NCBI GenBank assembly: GCA_050250895.1
Contig: JBFWNU010000001.1
Location: 3,076,891-3,140,890, forward strand
Origin: Vulcanimicrobiota bacterium
GTDB taxonomy: Bacteria > Vulcanimicrobiota > Xenobia > Xenobiales > JADMJV01
DNA length: 64,000 nucleotides
Reading direction: 5' to 3'
Shown here: positions 46,401-54,509 of the stretch, in pieces
How the letters are laid out: every line of letters starts with the position of its first letter
Numbering within the stretch: position 1 is the stretch's first letter
Program-made: the position numbers and the translations under genes
Notes under the pieces: generated by a model
Told to the model about the DNA's origin: nothing
What the model saw: only the letters and a program-made list of their open reading frames with translations
Databases searched by the model: none

Positions 46401-48684
46401 CGACGAGGTGGCCCTGGCCGCCCCGGTCGCCGCCGGCATGATGGTCGAGCTGAAAGTGGCCCAGGGTGACCTGATTCTGGGTGACCTGATCAGCGCCGGC
46501 ACCACCGTCTGCCTGGCCGCTGACAACGGCTCGATTCTCGACGACAACGGCGATAGTCTCAACGTGCAGGCTCCGGCAGCCTCGTTCGACGCCCCCAACG
46601 GCACGGTCGGCACCAGCGAAGATAGCCTCGAGACAGCCATTTCGACCGTTTCGGGCCGAGCCCGCGAGTTCAACTTTCATCACACCATGGCCGTGACCGA
46701 GGGGCTGGTGTGCGGTATCGATGGATTGATCCTCACCGCTCTTGCCCCGGCGGAGCAAGTTGAAGAGGTGCCGATCGATAGCTCGATCTATCCGCCCGTG
46801 CCAGGCTATAACGAGAATGTCGGCCAGAACAACCCCGACATCTATCAGGACATTCAACTGCTCAACGAGCTGATCTCCAACGGCGCCGACGGGCCCATCC
46901 GCGACATGGTGGGCTGGGTCTTTCTGCTCGACGGAGTCACCGTCGACTCCGAACAACGGGTGCCCGACTACAACCAGTTTGGCCTCACCGGGGGCGACCT
47001 GGGTGACATCGCCCAGGGCCTGCGCGAGCGCGGCTGGCAGGTCAATCTCAACGGCAATCAACTGACGGCTACCCGGCCGGGCTTTTCGCTGGGCGCCATC
47101 CAGAACGGCAACCAGATCACTCTGGCCATCGGCGAGATGGGCGCTCAGACCAGCCCCGGTCCTGCTCAGGCGGGCCAGGGCCAGCAGACCGATCAGAACC
47201 TGCAGACCGCGGTCGACTTCTTGCTCGATGGCCCGGGGGTCAAAGTCGACGCGACCCAGCGGGTGCCCGACTATGACGAATACCACCTGTCCGGTGACCC
47301 CGATCAGCTGTGGGACGACGCCCTCAAGGGACTGGAAGAGAACGGTTGGCGCCTGCTGACCAACAGCAAAGAGCAGATTGTGGCCGTGCGCGACGGTCTC
47401 AAGGTCGAGCTGACCCGCGAGGGCAACCGGGTCGTCATGAGCGTGAGCGAGTCGGGTCTCGACGACGATCAGGGCATGCGTTCGGCCGTCTCGTTCTTGC
47501 TCGACGCCCCCGGGGTGCAGCTGCTAAGCTGGCAGAGAGTCCCCGACTACAACAGTTTTCAACTAGCCACCGGCAAGAGTCTTCAGGACGTGACCGGCGA
47601 CCTGCGCCAGCAGGGCTTCACCATCACCTCTCAGGACGGCAACTCGGTGACCGCCACCCGAGGTGACTTCGAGGTCACCGTTACCCGCAACCAGGCCGGC
47701 CAGTTGACTCTGGAGGTCGTCGCGGCAGCTACCGGCCAGGGCCAGCCGACGGCCGGTGGCGAGCAGCTCGACACCCAGTTGCGCAACGAGATCGCGTGGC
47801 TCTTCGAGTCGCCTCGACTGCATCTGGCGTCCGAGGTGCGTGTTCCCGATTACAACCTTTCCAACGTCGAAGTCTTGGGCTCGCTGTCGGAAATGCTCGA
47901 CTGGCTGGCGGCGGGGTTCACCCAGCGCGGCTGGAAAGTCGAACGTCGCGGCAACGGGCTGGTCGGCACTCGCGGCAACCTGACTTTGAACGTGACCCCT
48001 CGCCAGGGCGGCCTGGCTATCGAGATCGTCACCAGCGAAGGCGGCCCGACGGGCAACGGCCAGGATGCCGACGCCGACCTCCTGGCTCCGCTGGCCAGCC
48101 TGCTGAGCGACCAACGCCTGCAGCTGACCGAGCAGGTGCGGGTGCCCGACTTCGGCCAGCTCGAGTTCGTCTCGGACCGCCCGTATCAAGAGTGGTTGGG
48201 CGAGATCGGCCGTATGCTCGGACAGAACGGCTGGACCGTCGAGCGCACTGGCCAGGAGCTGCGGGCCACCCGCGGCAACCAGGTTTTGCAGGTCAGTCCG
48301 GGCCGTTCGGGCTTCGTGGTCGAAGCTCGCCAGTTTGACTCGCTACCCCAGTCGGCCGACAGCGGCCTCCATCAACAGCTGAGCTGGCTCTACGACATCC
48401 CGGGCCTGGGCTTCGAGTCGACCGTGCGGGTGCCCGACTACAACGCTTATCGCCTCACCAGCTCGCTGCCCTTTGCCGAGCTGCGCACCAGCGTCAGCAA
48501 CCAGTTGCAGGGCCAGGGTTGGAAGGTGTCGGTCGAGGGCGAAGCCCTGATCGCGACCCGTGGTAGCCTGCGTCTAGAGTTGCGCCAGCAGGCCGACGGT
48601 CCCACCCTGGACGTGACCGACACGGCCGCATCCGAAGTTTCTTACAGCCAAACCAGTACAACGAAAGAGACGGTTACACCATGA
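43423..48684 (+). CDS. TpsA filamentous haemagglutinin-like exoprotein with six C-terminal repeat domains
   Basis: Signal peptide; TPS domain (LNRVVGQDPSAILG, FLINPNGILFG); beta-helix repeats; RVPD[YF] x6. Confidence 0.9.
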   Translation: MVRRGLITFLLLAWMGWAWAAPDGPEVVHGQVQIHGSGANTIITQGTDRAIINWNGFSIDVHELVRFIQPNQLSVILNRVVGQDPSAILGQLQANGRVFLINPNGILFGPESRVDVAGFMASTLDMRDEDFLNDRYLLTQNADKVLASVINQGEIRVTEGGFVVLVAPLVSNQGLIVAELGQVALGAGRQATVNFDGQGLINFLVETPEGLEPGTVMLDPQAAAGLLSSVVKDPGIVEASALPTELPEGTLIAGGTIDVSGANGGRVLLDSTHTTVASGEINASGQANGGEVRILSHGTSVLSGQVQATGHDGGTVELSGENFALLGAVDVTGLGGVAGLFYLDPATITIVDGAGGSLDGLFLSNMGVFFADDMPPNTISKAALESVSAGASVRLEATDQITVNDIAGDQINLQDGVTLELVVANGNVVFEDVNDTISTGSGGNLFVDVSNGGATLGRLFAPDGKIGIQARDDVVFQDLGTLGLVNNGSVAISSTDGDIFGHNIGTGSLVLIGTNIGNSDAPITIDATSLAAQASNEIALHETDADTLDGLVLRAAVGQFTSSNFLSVDYGLKGDNISLVVDSGDLTMARNDLQDPLEATVVGNNISLQANGGDIQGLTNPAPPANDVDLDISGGTLSLSADGIAPLTTLNTSVNQLSATSSTGDIAISNRIDLILAFLDAGDDAFIDAPNLTVSGDLMAAFDLDLEATSGSINGNTSVLSANRLFLTANDNIGAMSAPLHVDSNIFRADAAHGMINVVGEGSLFGIDQATAGTSVSLHAANGDLQIFGPVEADSGPIALTATGDVLMAASGSVDGSSIFLEGASVGTASNPIEIDATTLAGRATNGGFFVQELDSFTQDGLTIGMVSTDLGSASGVSATGDVILELLDGDLIFNDGVTAGDFLGISVSFGSVANNFSGNDLTAHHVSISAFGIGTSDAPVTVSAANLAASTSGSMNLAVDGVTIAEVTPPSGSSLSTLSGLSAGGDISLMSSDEVALAAPVAAGMMVELKVAQGDLILGDLISAGTTVCLAADNGSILDDNGDSLNVQAPAASFDAPNGTVGTSEDSLETAISTVSGRAREFNFHHTMAVTEGLVCGIDGLILTALAPAEQVEEVPIDSSIYPPVPGYNENVGQNNPDIYQDIQLLNELISNGADGPIRDMVGWVFLLDGVTVDSEQRVPDYNQFGLTGGDLGDIAQGLRERGWQVNLNGNQLTATRPGFSLGAIQNGNQITLAIGEMGAQTSPGPAQAGQGQQTDQNLQTAVDFLLDGPGVKVDATQRVPDYDEYHLSGDPDQLWDDALKGLEENGWRLLTNSKEQIVAVRDGLKVELTREGNRVVMSVSESGLDDDQGMRSAVSFLLDAPGVQLLSWQRVPDYNSFQLATGKSLQDVTGDLRQQGFTITSQDGNSVTATRGDFEVTVTRNQAGQLTLEVVAAATGQGQPTAGGEQLDTQLRNEIAWLFESPRLHLASEVRVPDYNLSNVEVLGSLSEMLDWLAAGFTQRGWKVERRGNGLVGTRGNLTLNVTPRQGGLAIEIVTSEGGPTGNGQDADADLLAPLASLLSDQRLQLTEQVRVPDFGQLEFVSDRPYQEWLGEIGRMLGQNGWTVERTGQELRATRGNQVLQVSPGRSGFVVEARQFDSLPQSADSGLHQQLSWLYDIPGLGFESTVRVPDYNAYRLTSSLPFAELRTSVSNQLQGQGWKVSVEGEALIATRGSLRLELRQQADGPTLDVTDTAASEVSYSQTSTTKETVTP

Positions 48685-49454
48685 CCTATCGAACCATCCT
48701 GACTCTCGCCCTGGTCGGCCTGCTGGCAGGCTCGGCATCCGCCCAGGCCGAGCGTCCAGGAACGAGCATTCCCCCGGCCCTCGAGGCGCTGGCCGCCCAG
48801 GTGGTCGAATTGGCCGTCAAGGCTCGGGTGGACAACGGCGTGTCGCAGACCGGGCGCCTGGACTATCTGGCCCGAGCCGGCCGTGGCCACGCCCAGGAGA
48901 TGCTCGACCTCAACTACTTCAGCCACACCTCTCCTACGCCGGGGCGCGAGCGACCCAAGCAGCGCATCGAATTGGCTGGTGGTTGGGACCTGGCCATGGC
49001 CGAGAACATTTACCGCTCCAACGGGATACCGGCTAACGAAGTGGCCGAGGCGGTGGTGGCAGCCTGGCTGAAAAGCCCGACTCACCGCCATAACCTGCTC
49101 AACCCGAAGTACAACCGCATGGATGTGGGCATCGCTCTGACCGGAGAAGACAGCTACGCCATCGTGCAGATGTTTGCGTTCCAGGCCATTTCTATCGAGA
49201 GCTTGACGGCCACTCCCTCGGGCTCGGGCTACAAAATCACCCTCAAGGGCAAAGTGGTGGACGGGCCGAGCAACAAAGGCGCTATCGCCATCGGCAACAG
49301 CATCGGCAGCAAGTTCGAGGCCGACTCTGCGGGTCTGTTCGAGGTCAGCTTCGAGGCGCCGGCCGACGCCATGATCGCGGTGGGCCTGCAGAAACCCGAT
49401 GGCCGCTACGCCATCGATCTGGAATTTCCGGCTTCTTTCGCGGCCAACCGTTAA
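48681..49454 (+). CDS. secreted CAP (SCP) domain protein
   Basis: HAQEM..YFSH, AENI, WLKSPTHRHNLL; ATGA overlap with tpsA. Confidence 0.9.
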   Translation: MTYRTILTLALVGLLAGSASAQAERPGTSIPPALEALAAQVVELAVKARVDNGVSQTGRLDYLARAGRGHAQEMLDLNYFSHTSPTPGRERPKQRIELAGGWDLAMAENIYRSNGIPANEVAEAVVAAWLKSPTHRHNLLNPKYNRMDVGIALTGEDSYAIVQMFAFQAISIESLTATPSGSGYKITLKGKVVDGPSNKGAIAIGNSIGSKFEADSAGLFEVSFEAPADAMIAVGLQKPDGRYAIDLEFPASFAANR

Positions 49455-49483
49455 AAAGAAGAACCCCGGTGGGGAGCCGGGGT
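49453..49483 (-). terminator. probable intrinsic terminator
   Basis: accccggt/gccggggt stem followed by TCTTCTTTTT on the minus strand, between convergent genes. Confidence 0.5.
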
Positions 49484-49554
49484 GGGGGATTGGGTTGTCT
49501 TGGGGTTTGTGAGGTCATCTTACCCCAGGGCAGCCCTTCCGTCTGTGTGCTGGT

Positions 49555-50214
49555 TCACAATTTGGGCGTCTCGAGTTCGGCCTCGAGAAATGCGGCGAAC
49601 TTTCGGTCGGTCGACAAGAAGAACTCGGGGATCTTCTCGAGCAGAGCGGGCTTGAGGGTGTACTGTTCGCAAACCAGGCTCATGCGAGGCTTGCCTTCGG
49701 GACTGTGCTCGACCTTGCGCACCGAGTGCCGCAGCGAACCGAGAAACTCGACCAGGGTGTTGGCCTGAGGCCGCACGCGGGCGAAGGGGACAATGAAATA
49801 GAGTACCAGCTCTCCACCCACCAGCCCCGCCGGGACATCGACGTAGAGCACCGAGGTTTTGAGGGGATAGGGCACCATCTCGGGGAGGGTAAAGGTCAGC
49901 AAGGTCCGGTCGGCGTGAGCTGCCACGCCCGCCCCCTGGTGAATCACCAGCGGATTGATATAGAACGCGTTGCAGCGGTCGTCGAGCACGGCCTCGAGAT
50001 AGGGCCGCATGGCGGGCAGGGCGGCCAGCACCCGGGATAGACCCGAGCGCTGAAAGACTACCGAGAAGCCGTACGTACCTTCAAATCGATTGCTGAGATC
50101 GCTACCGGCCATGTAGGGTGAATTGCTCAGGTCATCGAGCAGAGCTTTTAGATCGCCGGGGTCGAGCAGCCCGGGAGCCACTCGATAAGGGAACAATCGT
50201 TGGTACCATCTCAC
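49555..50214 (-). CDS. 2OG-Fe(II) oxygenase family protein
   Basis: HAD...H...R(MS) facial triad and 2OG-binding pattern; GGEL. Confidence 0.75.
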   Translation of the reverse strand: MRWYQRLFPYRVAPGLLDPGDLKALLDDLSNSPYMAGSDLSNRFEGTYGFSVVFQRSGLSRVLAALPAMRPYLEAVLDDRCNAFYINPLVIHQGAGVAAHADRTLLTFTLPEMVPYPLKTSVLYVDVPAGLVGGELVLYFIVPFARVRPQANTLVEFLGSLRHSVRKVEHSPEGKPRMSLVCEQYTLKPALLEKIPEFFLSTDRKFAAFLEAELETPKL

Positions 50215-50256
50215 TGCCAGTCAACTAGCGTCTATCGTCTACCGGCTACCGTCTGA

Positions 50257-50946
50257 CTAGAGCGCGATCATGAAGTCAGCCAAACCCTGATCGTCGTCAC
50301 CGAGCACCTCGCGGGCGGGGACGTAGGCTTTGGCGCGGATAGAGTCGCCTGGAGTAAGCAAGCTGACCCGTTCTGGGGACTCTTCACTCTCATCGGCAGC
50401 CTGGCTGCTGGCCGGTTCGCGGCTTTCTTCGCTGCGGTTGACCTTGACCGGCCGAGCCACCTGGCTGATGGCGGCGGCGGCGGGTTGGGCGGGTAATTCT
50501 TCGGGGCGAGTCACCTCGGCGGCCAGGCTGGTGGCGGCCGGTTGGCTGGCTTCGTGGCGGACCACCTCGGCCTGCTGTTGGACCGGGACAGGCGGAGGAG
50601 CCGGTTCGGCGGCGGCGGGGGCGGCCGTCACGGGCTTGGCCTTGATGGTGCGGGCGGCCGCCTGCATCTTGCTGATGGTGGCCGTCTCCTCAGAGGGGGT
50701 CACGGACTCGACCCTGTCATCGGTGTTGACCTTGCTGGTCTCGGCCACCTTTTGGGTCTGCTTGGGTCCGTCCACGCGGTTGAGCAGCTCCTTGCGAAAG
50801 GTGCTACCGCCGGTGCCAAGTTGATTATCCTGGCCCGGACCGGCTCCCCGGCGAGCCTCGTTGGCATAGATGGCGGCGGCCCACATCTCGAGAGCCGTCT
50901 CGCGACGTTCGTTCTTTGAGGAGATTTCTTCTATCGGTGAGGACAT
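50257..50946 (-). CDS. hypothetical low-complexity protein
   Basis: 229-aa ORF, A/P/E/S-rich. Confidence 0.6.
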   Translation of the reverse strand: MSSPIEEISSKNERRETALEMWAAAIYANEARRGAGPGQDNQLGTGGSTFRKELLNRVDGPKQTQKVAETSKVNTDDRVESVTPSEETATISKMQAAARTIKAKPVTAAPAAAEPAPPPVPVQQQAEVVRHEASQPAATSLAAEVTRPEELPAQPAAAAISQVARPVKVNRSEESREPASSQAADESEESPERVSLLTPGDSIRAKAYVPAREVLGDDDQGLADFMIAL

Positions 50947-51056
50947 ATCCTGATTTTAGCCCGGGTGGGGCCCCCAGCTGTGAACAGTGCTTTAACTCCG
51001 ATGGCTTCGGAAAAACGGTAACAATTCTGTAACAGTTTTCGCGCCCGCGCGGCCGG

Positions 51057-52436
51057 TCAAGGCTGCTCGACTAGAGGCAGGTCAAACTCGAAGGACTTCC
51101 AGCCCGACCCTTCCTCCAGACGGATCTTGCTGCCATGGGCTCGCAAGATCTCGCCCACGATGGAAAGCCCCAGGCCGGCTCCTTTGCGGCTGCGGGCCCG
51201 GTCCACTTTGTAGAAACGCTCGAAGATGGCCTCCCGGTCCCGGGGGGGGATCGGTGGCCCGTTGTCTTTGACTCGAAACACCACTCGATCGCCCTCGCGC
51301 TGGCATGACGCCACCACACGGGTTCCGGGAGGATTGTGGTCGATGGCGTTGGCAACCAGGTTCTTCATCACTTGCATGATGCGACGCTCGTCGCCGCGAA
51401 CGGCAGCCTCGACCACCTCGGTCGAGAGTTCGATCTGGCCGGCCAGGGCCAGTGCCTGGGCCGGCACGACCGCTTCCTGGACGGGGACGGCGGCCTCGAA
51501 GAGTTCATGGCGCATAGAGATTTCGCCCGTCTCGAAGCGAGCCAGATCGGTGATGTCGTCGACTAGATAGGACAGATGCTCGACTTGTCTTAGCATCGAC
51601 TCGAGCCGGGACCGGCGTTGCTGGTCCGGGACCACCCCGTCAAGCAAGGCCTCGATGGTAGCCCGGAGGGTCGTCACCGGCGTGGACAACTCGTGAGAGA
51701 CGTCGTTGAGCAGCCGGCTGCGGGTAGTGATGTCTCTCTCCAGGCTGGCGGCCATCTCGTCAAAGGCGCGGGACAGGCCACCCAGTTCGTCGGAACGTTT
51801 GAGTTCTACCCGGGTCGAGAGGTCTCCGTCGGCCATGCGGCGGGCCGCGGTCTCCAGGCGAGTGATAGGGTTGACCAGATGGCGGGTCAGGATCCAGGCT
51901 ACCAAACCGGCCGGGAGCAGGGCCAGGAGGATGTTGCGGAGCATCCAACCTCCCGGCCCGCTTCGGCTGAGCGGAGGCAGGCGCCGGGTGAAGGCCACCA
52001 CCGCCCCGGGGACGGCCCCATCGAGTGGGATGGGAATGGCGGTAAAGTGGCCCCGGCTATCTCCGCTGCGCGCCTGGTCGTAACCTCCGCCGACGGTGTG
52101 GTTCCTTTGCAGTTTTTCGATCTCGTCAGCGGTCAGCTCGAACGTAGGTAACTTGGGGCACCAGTTTTCCTCTCCGAAAGGCACCACCGTGAGGAAGTAG
52201 GGGGTGCCCTGGTTTTTCAGCAGCAGAGCGGTTTGCAGCTCGTCGTAGTGACCTTTTTGAAGAGCCTCTACGACCATCGAGACCGCATCCCGCGCCTGAT
52301 GTTCGGTGTTGGCCAGGAGCCGAGGTACGAAGGCGCGGTGGAATTGGAGATAGTTGCCGACAGCCACGATTGCGGCGGCGCTGAGGATGACCAGAAAGTA
52401 GGTGGCAAAGACCTTGCTGAAGAGCCTAGTCGCCAA
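51057..52436 (-). CDS. HAMP sensor histidine kinase
   Basis: Two TMs, HAMP, DVSHELSTP, FERFYKVD, GAGLGL; likely TTG start overlapping the regulator. Confidence 0.9.
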   Translation of the reverse strand: MATRLFSKVFATYFLVILSAAAIVAVGNYLQFHRAFVPRLLANTEHQARDAVSMVVEALQKGHYDELQTALLLKNQGTPYFLTVVPFGEENWCPKLPTFELTADEIEKLQRNHTVGGGYDQARSGDSRGHFTAIPIPLDGAVPGAVVAFTRRLPPLSRSGPGGWMLRNILLALLPAGLVAWILTRHLVNPITRLETAARRMADGDLSTRVELKRSDELGGLSRAFDEMAASLERDITTRSRLLNDVSHELSTPVTTLRATIEALLDGVVPDQQRRSRLESMLRQVEHLSYLVDDITDLARFETGEISMRHELFEAAVPVQEAVVPAQALALAGQIELSTEVVEAAVRGDERRIMQVMKNLVANAIDHNPPGTRVVASCQREGDRVVFRVKDNGPPIPPRDREAIFERFYKVDRARSRKGAGLGLSIVGEILRAHGSKIRLEEGSGWKSFEFDLPLVEQP

Positions 52437-53097
52437 ATCGATAGCCCACTCCGCGGATCGAGTGTAGGGCATGGTTGGTGCCGAGATCGCGCATCTTCCG
52501 GCGCAAATTGGTGATGTGCATGTCCACAGCGCGAGAGTCGGTGGCCCGGTCGAGCAGCTCATCCCGGCTGAAAACTTTGCCTGGGGTCGCCATCATGCGT
52601 CGCAGCATCTCGAACTCCGAGAGCGTCAGTTCGACCCGACCTTCGCCCAGGGCCAGGGTCTGGCGTTCGAGGTCGAGTTGCAACGGCCCCCACTCGAGGA
52701 CCCGGGTGGGTGTCGCCGAAGGGGCCTTTTCTCGCTCGGTGCGGCGCAATACCGCTTTGATCCGGGCCACTAACTCGCGGGCCGAAAACGGCTTGGGGAG
52801 ATAGTCGTCGGCCCCTAACTCAATGCCCAGAACGCGGTCGAATTCGGTCTTGCGGGCCGAGATGAGGATAATCGGCAGGCGACTCTTTTGACGCACATGC
52901 TTGAGCACCTCGAGGCCGTCAAGCCCCGGCAGCATGATGTCGAGAATGGCCAGATCGGGGGGCGCATCGACCAGGGCCGAAAGGGCTTCGTCGCCTCGAC
53001 CGAACCGGGTTACCGAGTAGCCCGCTCCCTCAAGATGACAAACGAGTATCTCACCCAGGTCGGCTTCGTCTTCGACCAGGTAGATTTGCCGCCTCAC
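52426..53097 (-). CDS. OmpR/PhoB family response regulator
   Basis: LDIMLP, GADDYLPKPF, VDMHITNLRRK, RGVGYRF. Confidence 0.95.
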   Translation of the reverse strand: MRRQIYLVEDEADLGEILVCHLEGAGYSVTRFGRGDEALSALVDAPPDLAILDIMLPGLDGLEVLKHVRQKSRLPIILISARKTEFDRVLGIELGADDYLPKPFSARELVARIKAVLRRTEREKAPSATPTRVLEWGPLQLDLERQTLALGEGRVELTLSEFEMLRRMMATPGKVFSRDELLDRATDSRAVDMHITNLRRKMRDLGTNHALHSIRGVGYRFGD

Positions 53098-53106
53098 CGG
53101 CTAGAC

Positions 53107-54096
53107 TCAGAGGGCTACGTTGTCGTAGGCGTTGAGATCGAGGGCGAACCGTCCGGTTTGGACGTAGTCGATGACCGTCGCATAGCGGTTGAGGTCACTG
53201 ATGGTTCCGCTATTAATGATGTCTTGCAACGACAACTGACCGCGATCGATGGCTTTGGCCACCGCGCCGATGGTTTGAACATCGGTTTGGCCCACTCCGC
53301 CCAGGCTGGCCAGATCGCCTGCGCCTTTTTGAATCAAAAGATTCTTGAGACCGGCGTTGTCATAGAAGCCGGGCCCGTTGAAGTTGTTGCCTTTGAAGAC
53401 CGAGGCGACCTGCATGAACAAGCGCGACTCGGGATTCATCTGGTGGAAAGCATTCACCCCGCCTTGCAGACCGCCGACGCTGAGCGGGTCATAACCCCCG
53501 GCGAAGGCCGCGAACTGGTAGGCGTAGTTGCGGGCCACATCGGCGTGCCACAGTTGCGGGCTCTGGACGCGAGCAAAGCGACTGCCCTGAATGGCGTCGG
53601 CCTGCGAGATGCTGGTGCCGCCGGAGAGGGTGCCGCCGGCTAACTGCGCCTGCAGATAGCTGGCGAAATCTTGACTGTCACGCGAGGGCGGAAGCTGGGT
53701 GTAGAGGTCGGGCGAGGCGGTGGTGCCGGCCCCGATGGTGCCGCCGTAGCTTCCGCCGCCGGTGCCACCGGTGTAAGCGCCGGGGGTGGCTTGGCCCGAG
53801 CCGTAAGCCCCGGCCACCGAGAACGAATCGTTCGGGTTGTAGCCGCCGAAGGACTGTTGCGGGTTGTAGGGTGCGAAAGGCTGATTGCCGCCGAACTGCT
53901 GCGGGTTGTAGCCGCCGCCGCCGAAGGAGTTCCAACCCTGGCCGAGCTGCGTGATGGCCCCGAGCAAAGCCTGGAGCAACCCGATGAGCCCCTGTTGGCC
54001 CTGGGGAGCGCCGACCCCTCCGAAATTGGCGATGGAGCTACCGAACGTGGGGGTGGGAACTCCACCTAGATTGAACGAGGAAATAAAATTGGCCAA
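53107..54096 (-). CDS. Gly/Gln/Asn-rich Cys-free hypothetical protein
   Basis: GGAGG SD before TTG start; YNPQQ repeats; ordered C-terminal half. Confidence 0.75.
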   Translation of the reverse strand: MANFISSFNLGGVPTPTFGSSIANFGGVGAPQGQQGLIGLLQALLGAITQLGQGWNSFGGGGYNPQQFGGNQPFAPYNPQQSFGGYNPNDSFSVAGAYGSGQATPGAYTGGTGGGSYGGTIGAGTTASPDLYTQLPPSRDSQDFASYLQAQLAGGTLSGGTSISQADAIQGSRFARVQSPQLWHADVARNYAYQFAAFAGGYDPLSVGGLQGGVNAFHQMNPESRLFMQVASVFKGNNFNGPGFYDNAGLKNLLIQKGAGDLASLGGVGQTDVQTIGAVAKAIDRGQLSLQDIINSGTISDLNRYATVIDYVQTGRFALDLNAYDNVAL

Positions 54097-54509
54097 AATA
54101 CCCTCCGGAGTCTATAGTTCGCGCTGGCGTGGCTGACAGCCTTTCTTGCTATTAGAATACGACCTGGTCGTAAAGAAGCCTGGAGGTTTTGTCAGCTGGA
54201 TGTTTCGTTACTGTTGCCGATTTGTAAACTCGCGCACTACTTCGAAGAGCATAAATGGGCGGCCAAACCCCAGGCATCCCCCGAGCGAGGACCTCTCACC
54301 GCTACCACAGTAGCGCTGACCACCGAGAACAGGTGAATCGGTTGCGCCTGGATGGGCATGTCGCCCGCTGAAATGATTGTCTTGTCGTTTGCCGCCATAG
54401 TTTTACTCTCCGCTACTACTCCTGACCTCAGTCTAAGTCAGCGGCGGCCGGTGACCAATCGGGGCTTTGTTACAGGCGTTCAGGAATTGTTGCGAGATTG
54501 TTGCCGTTC

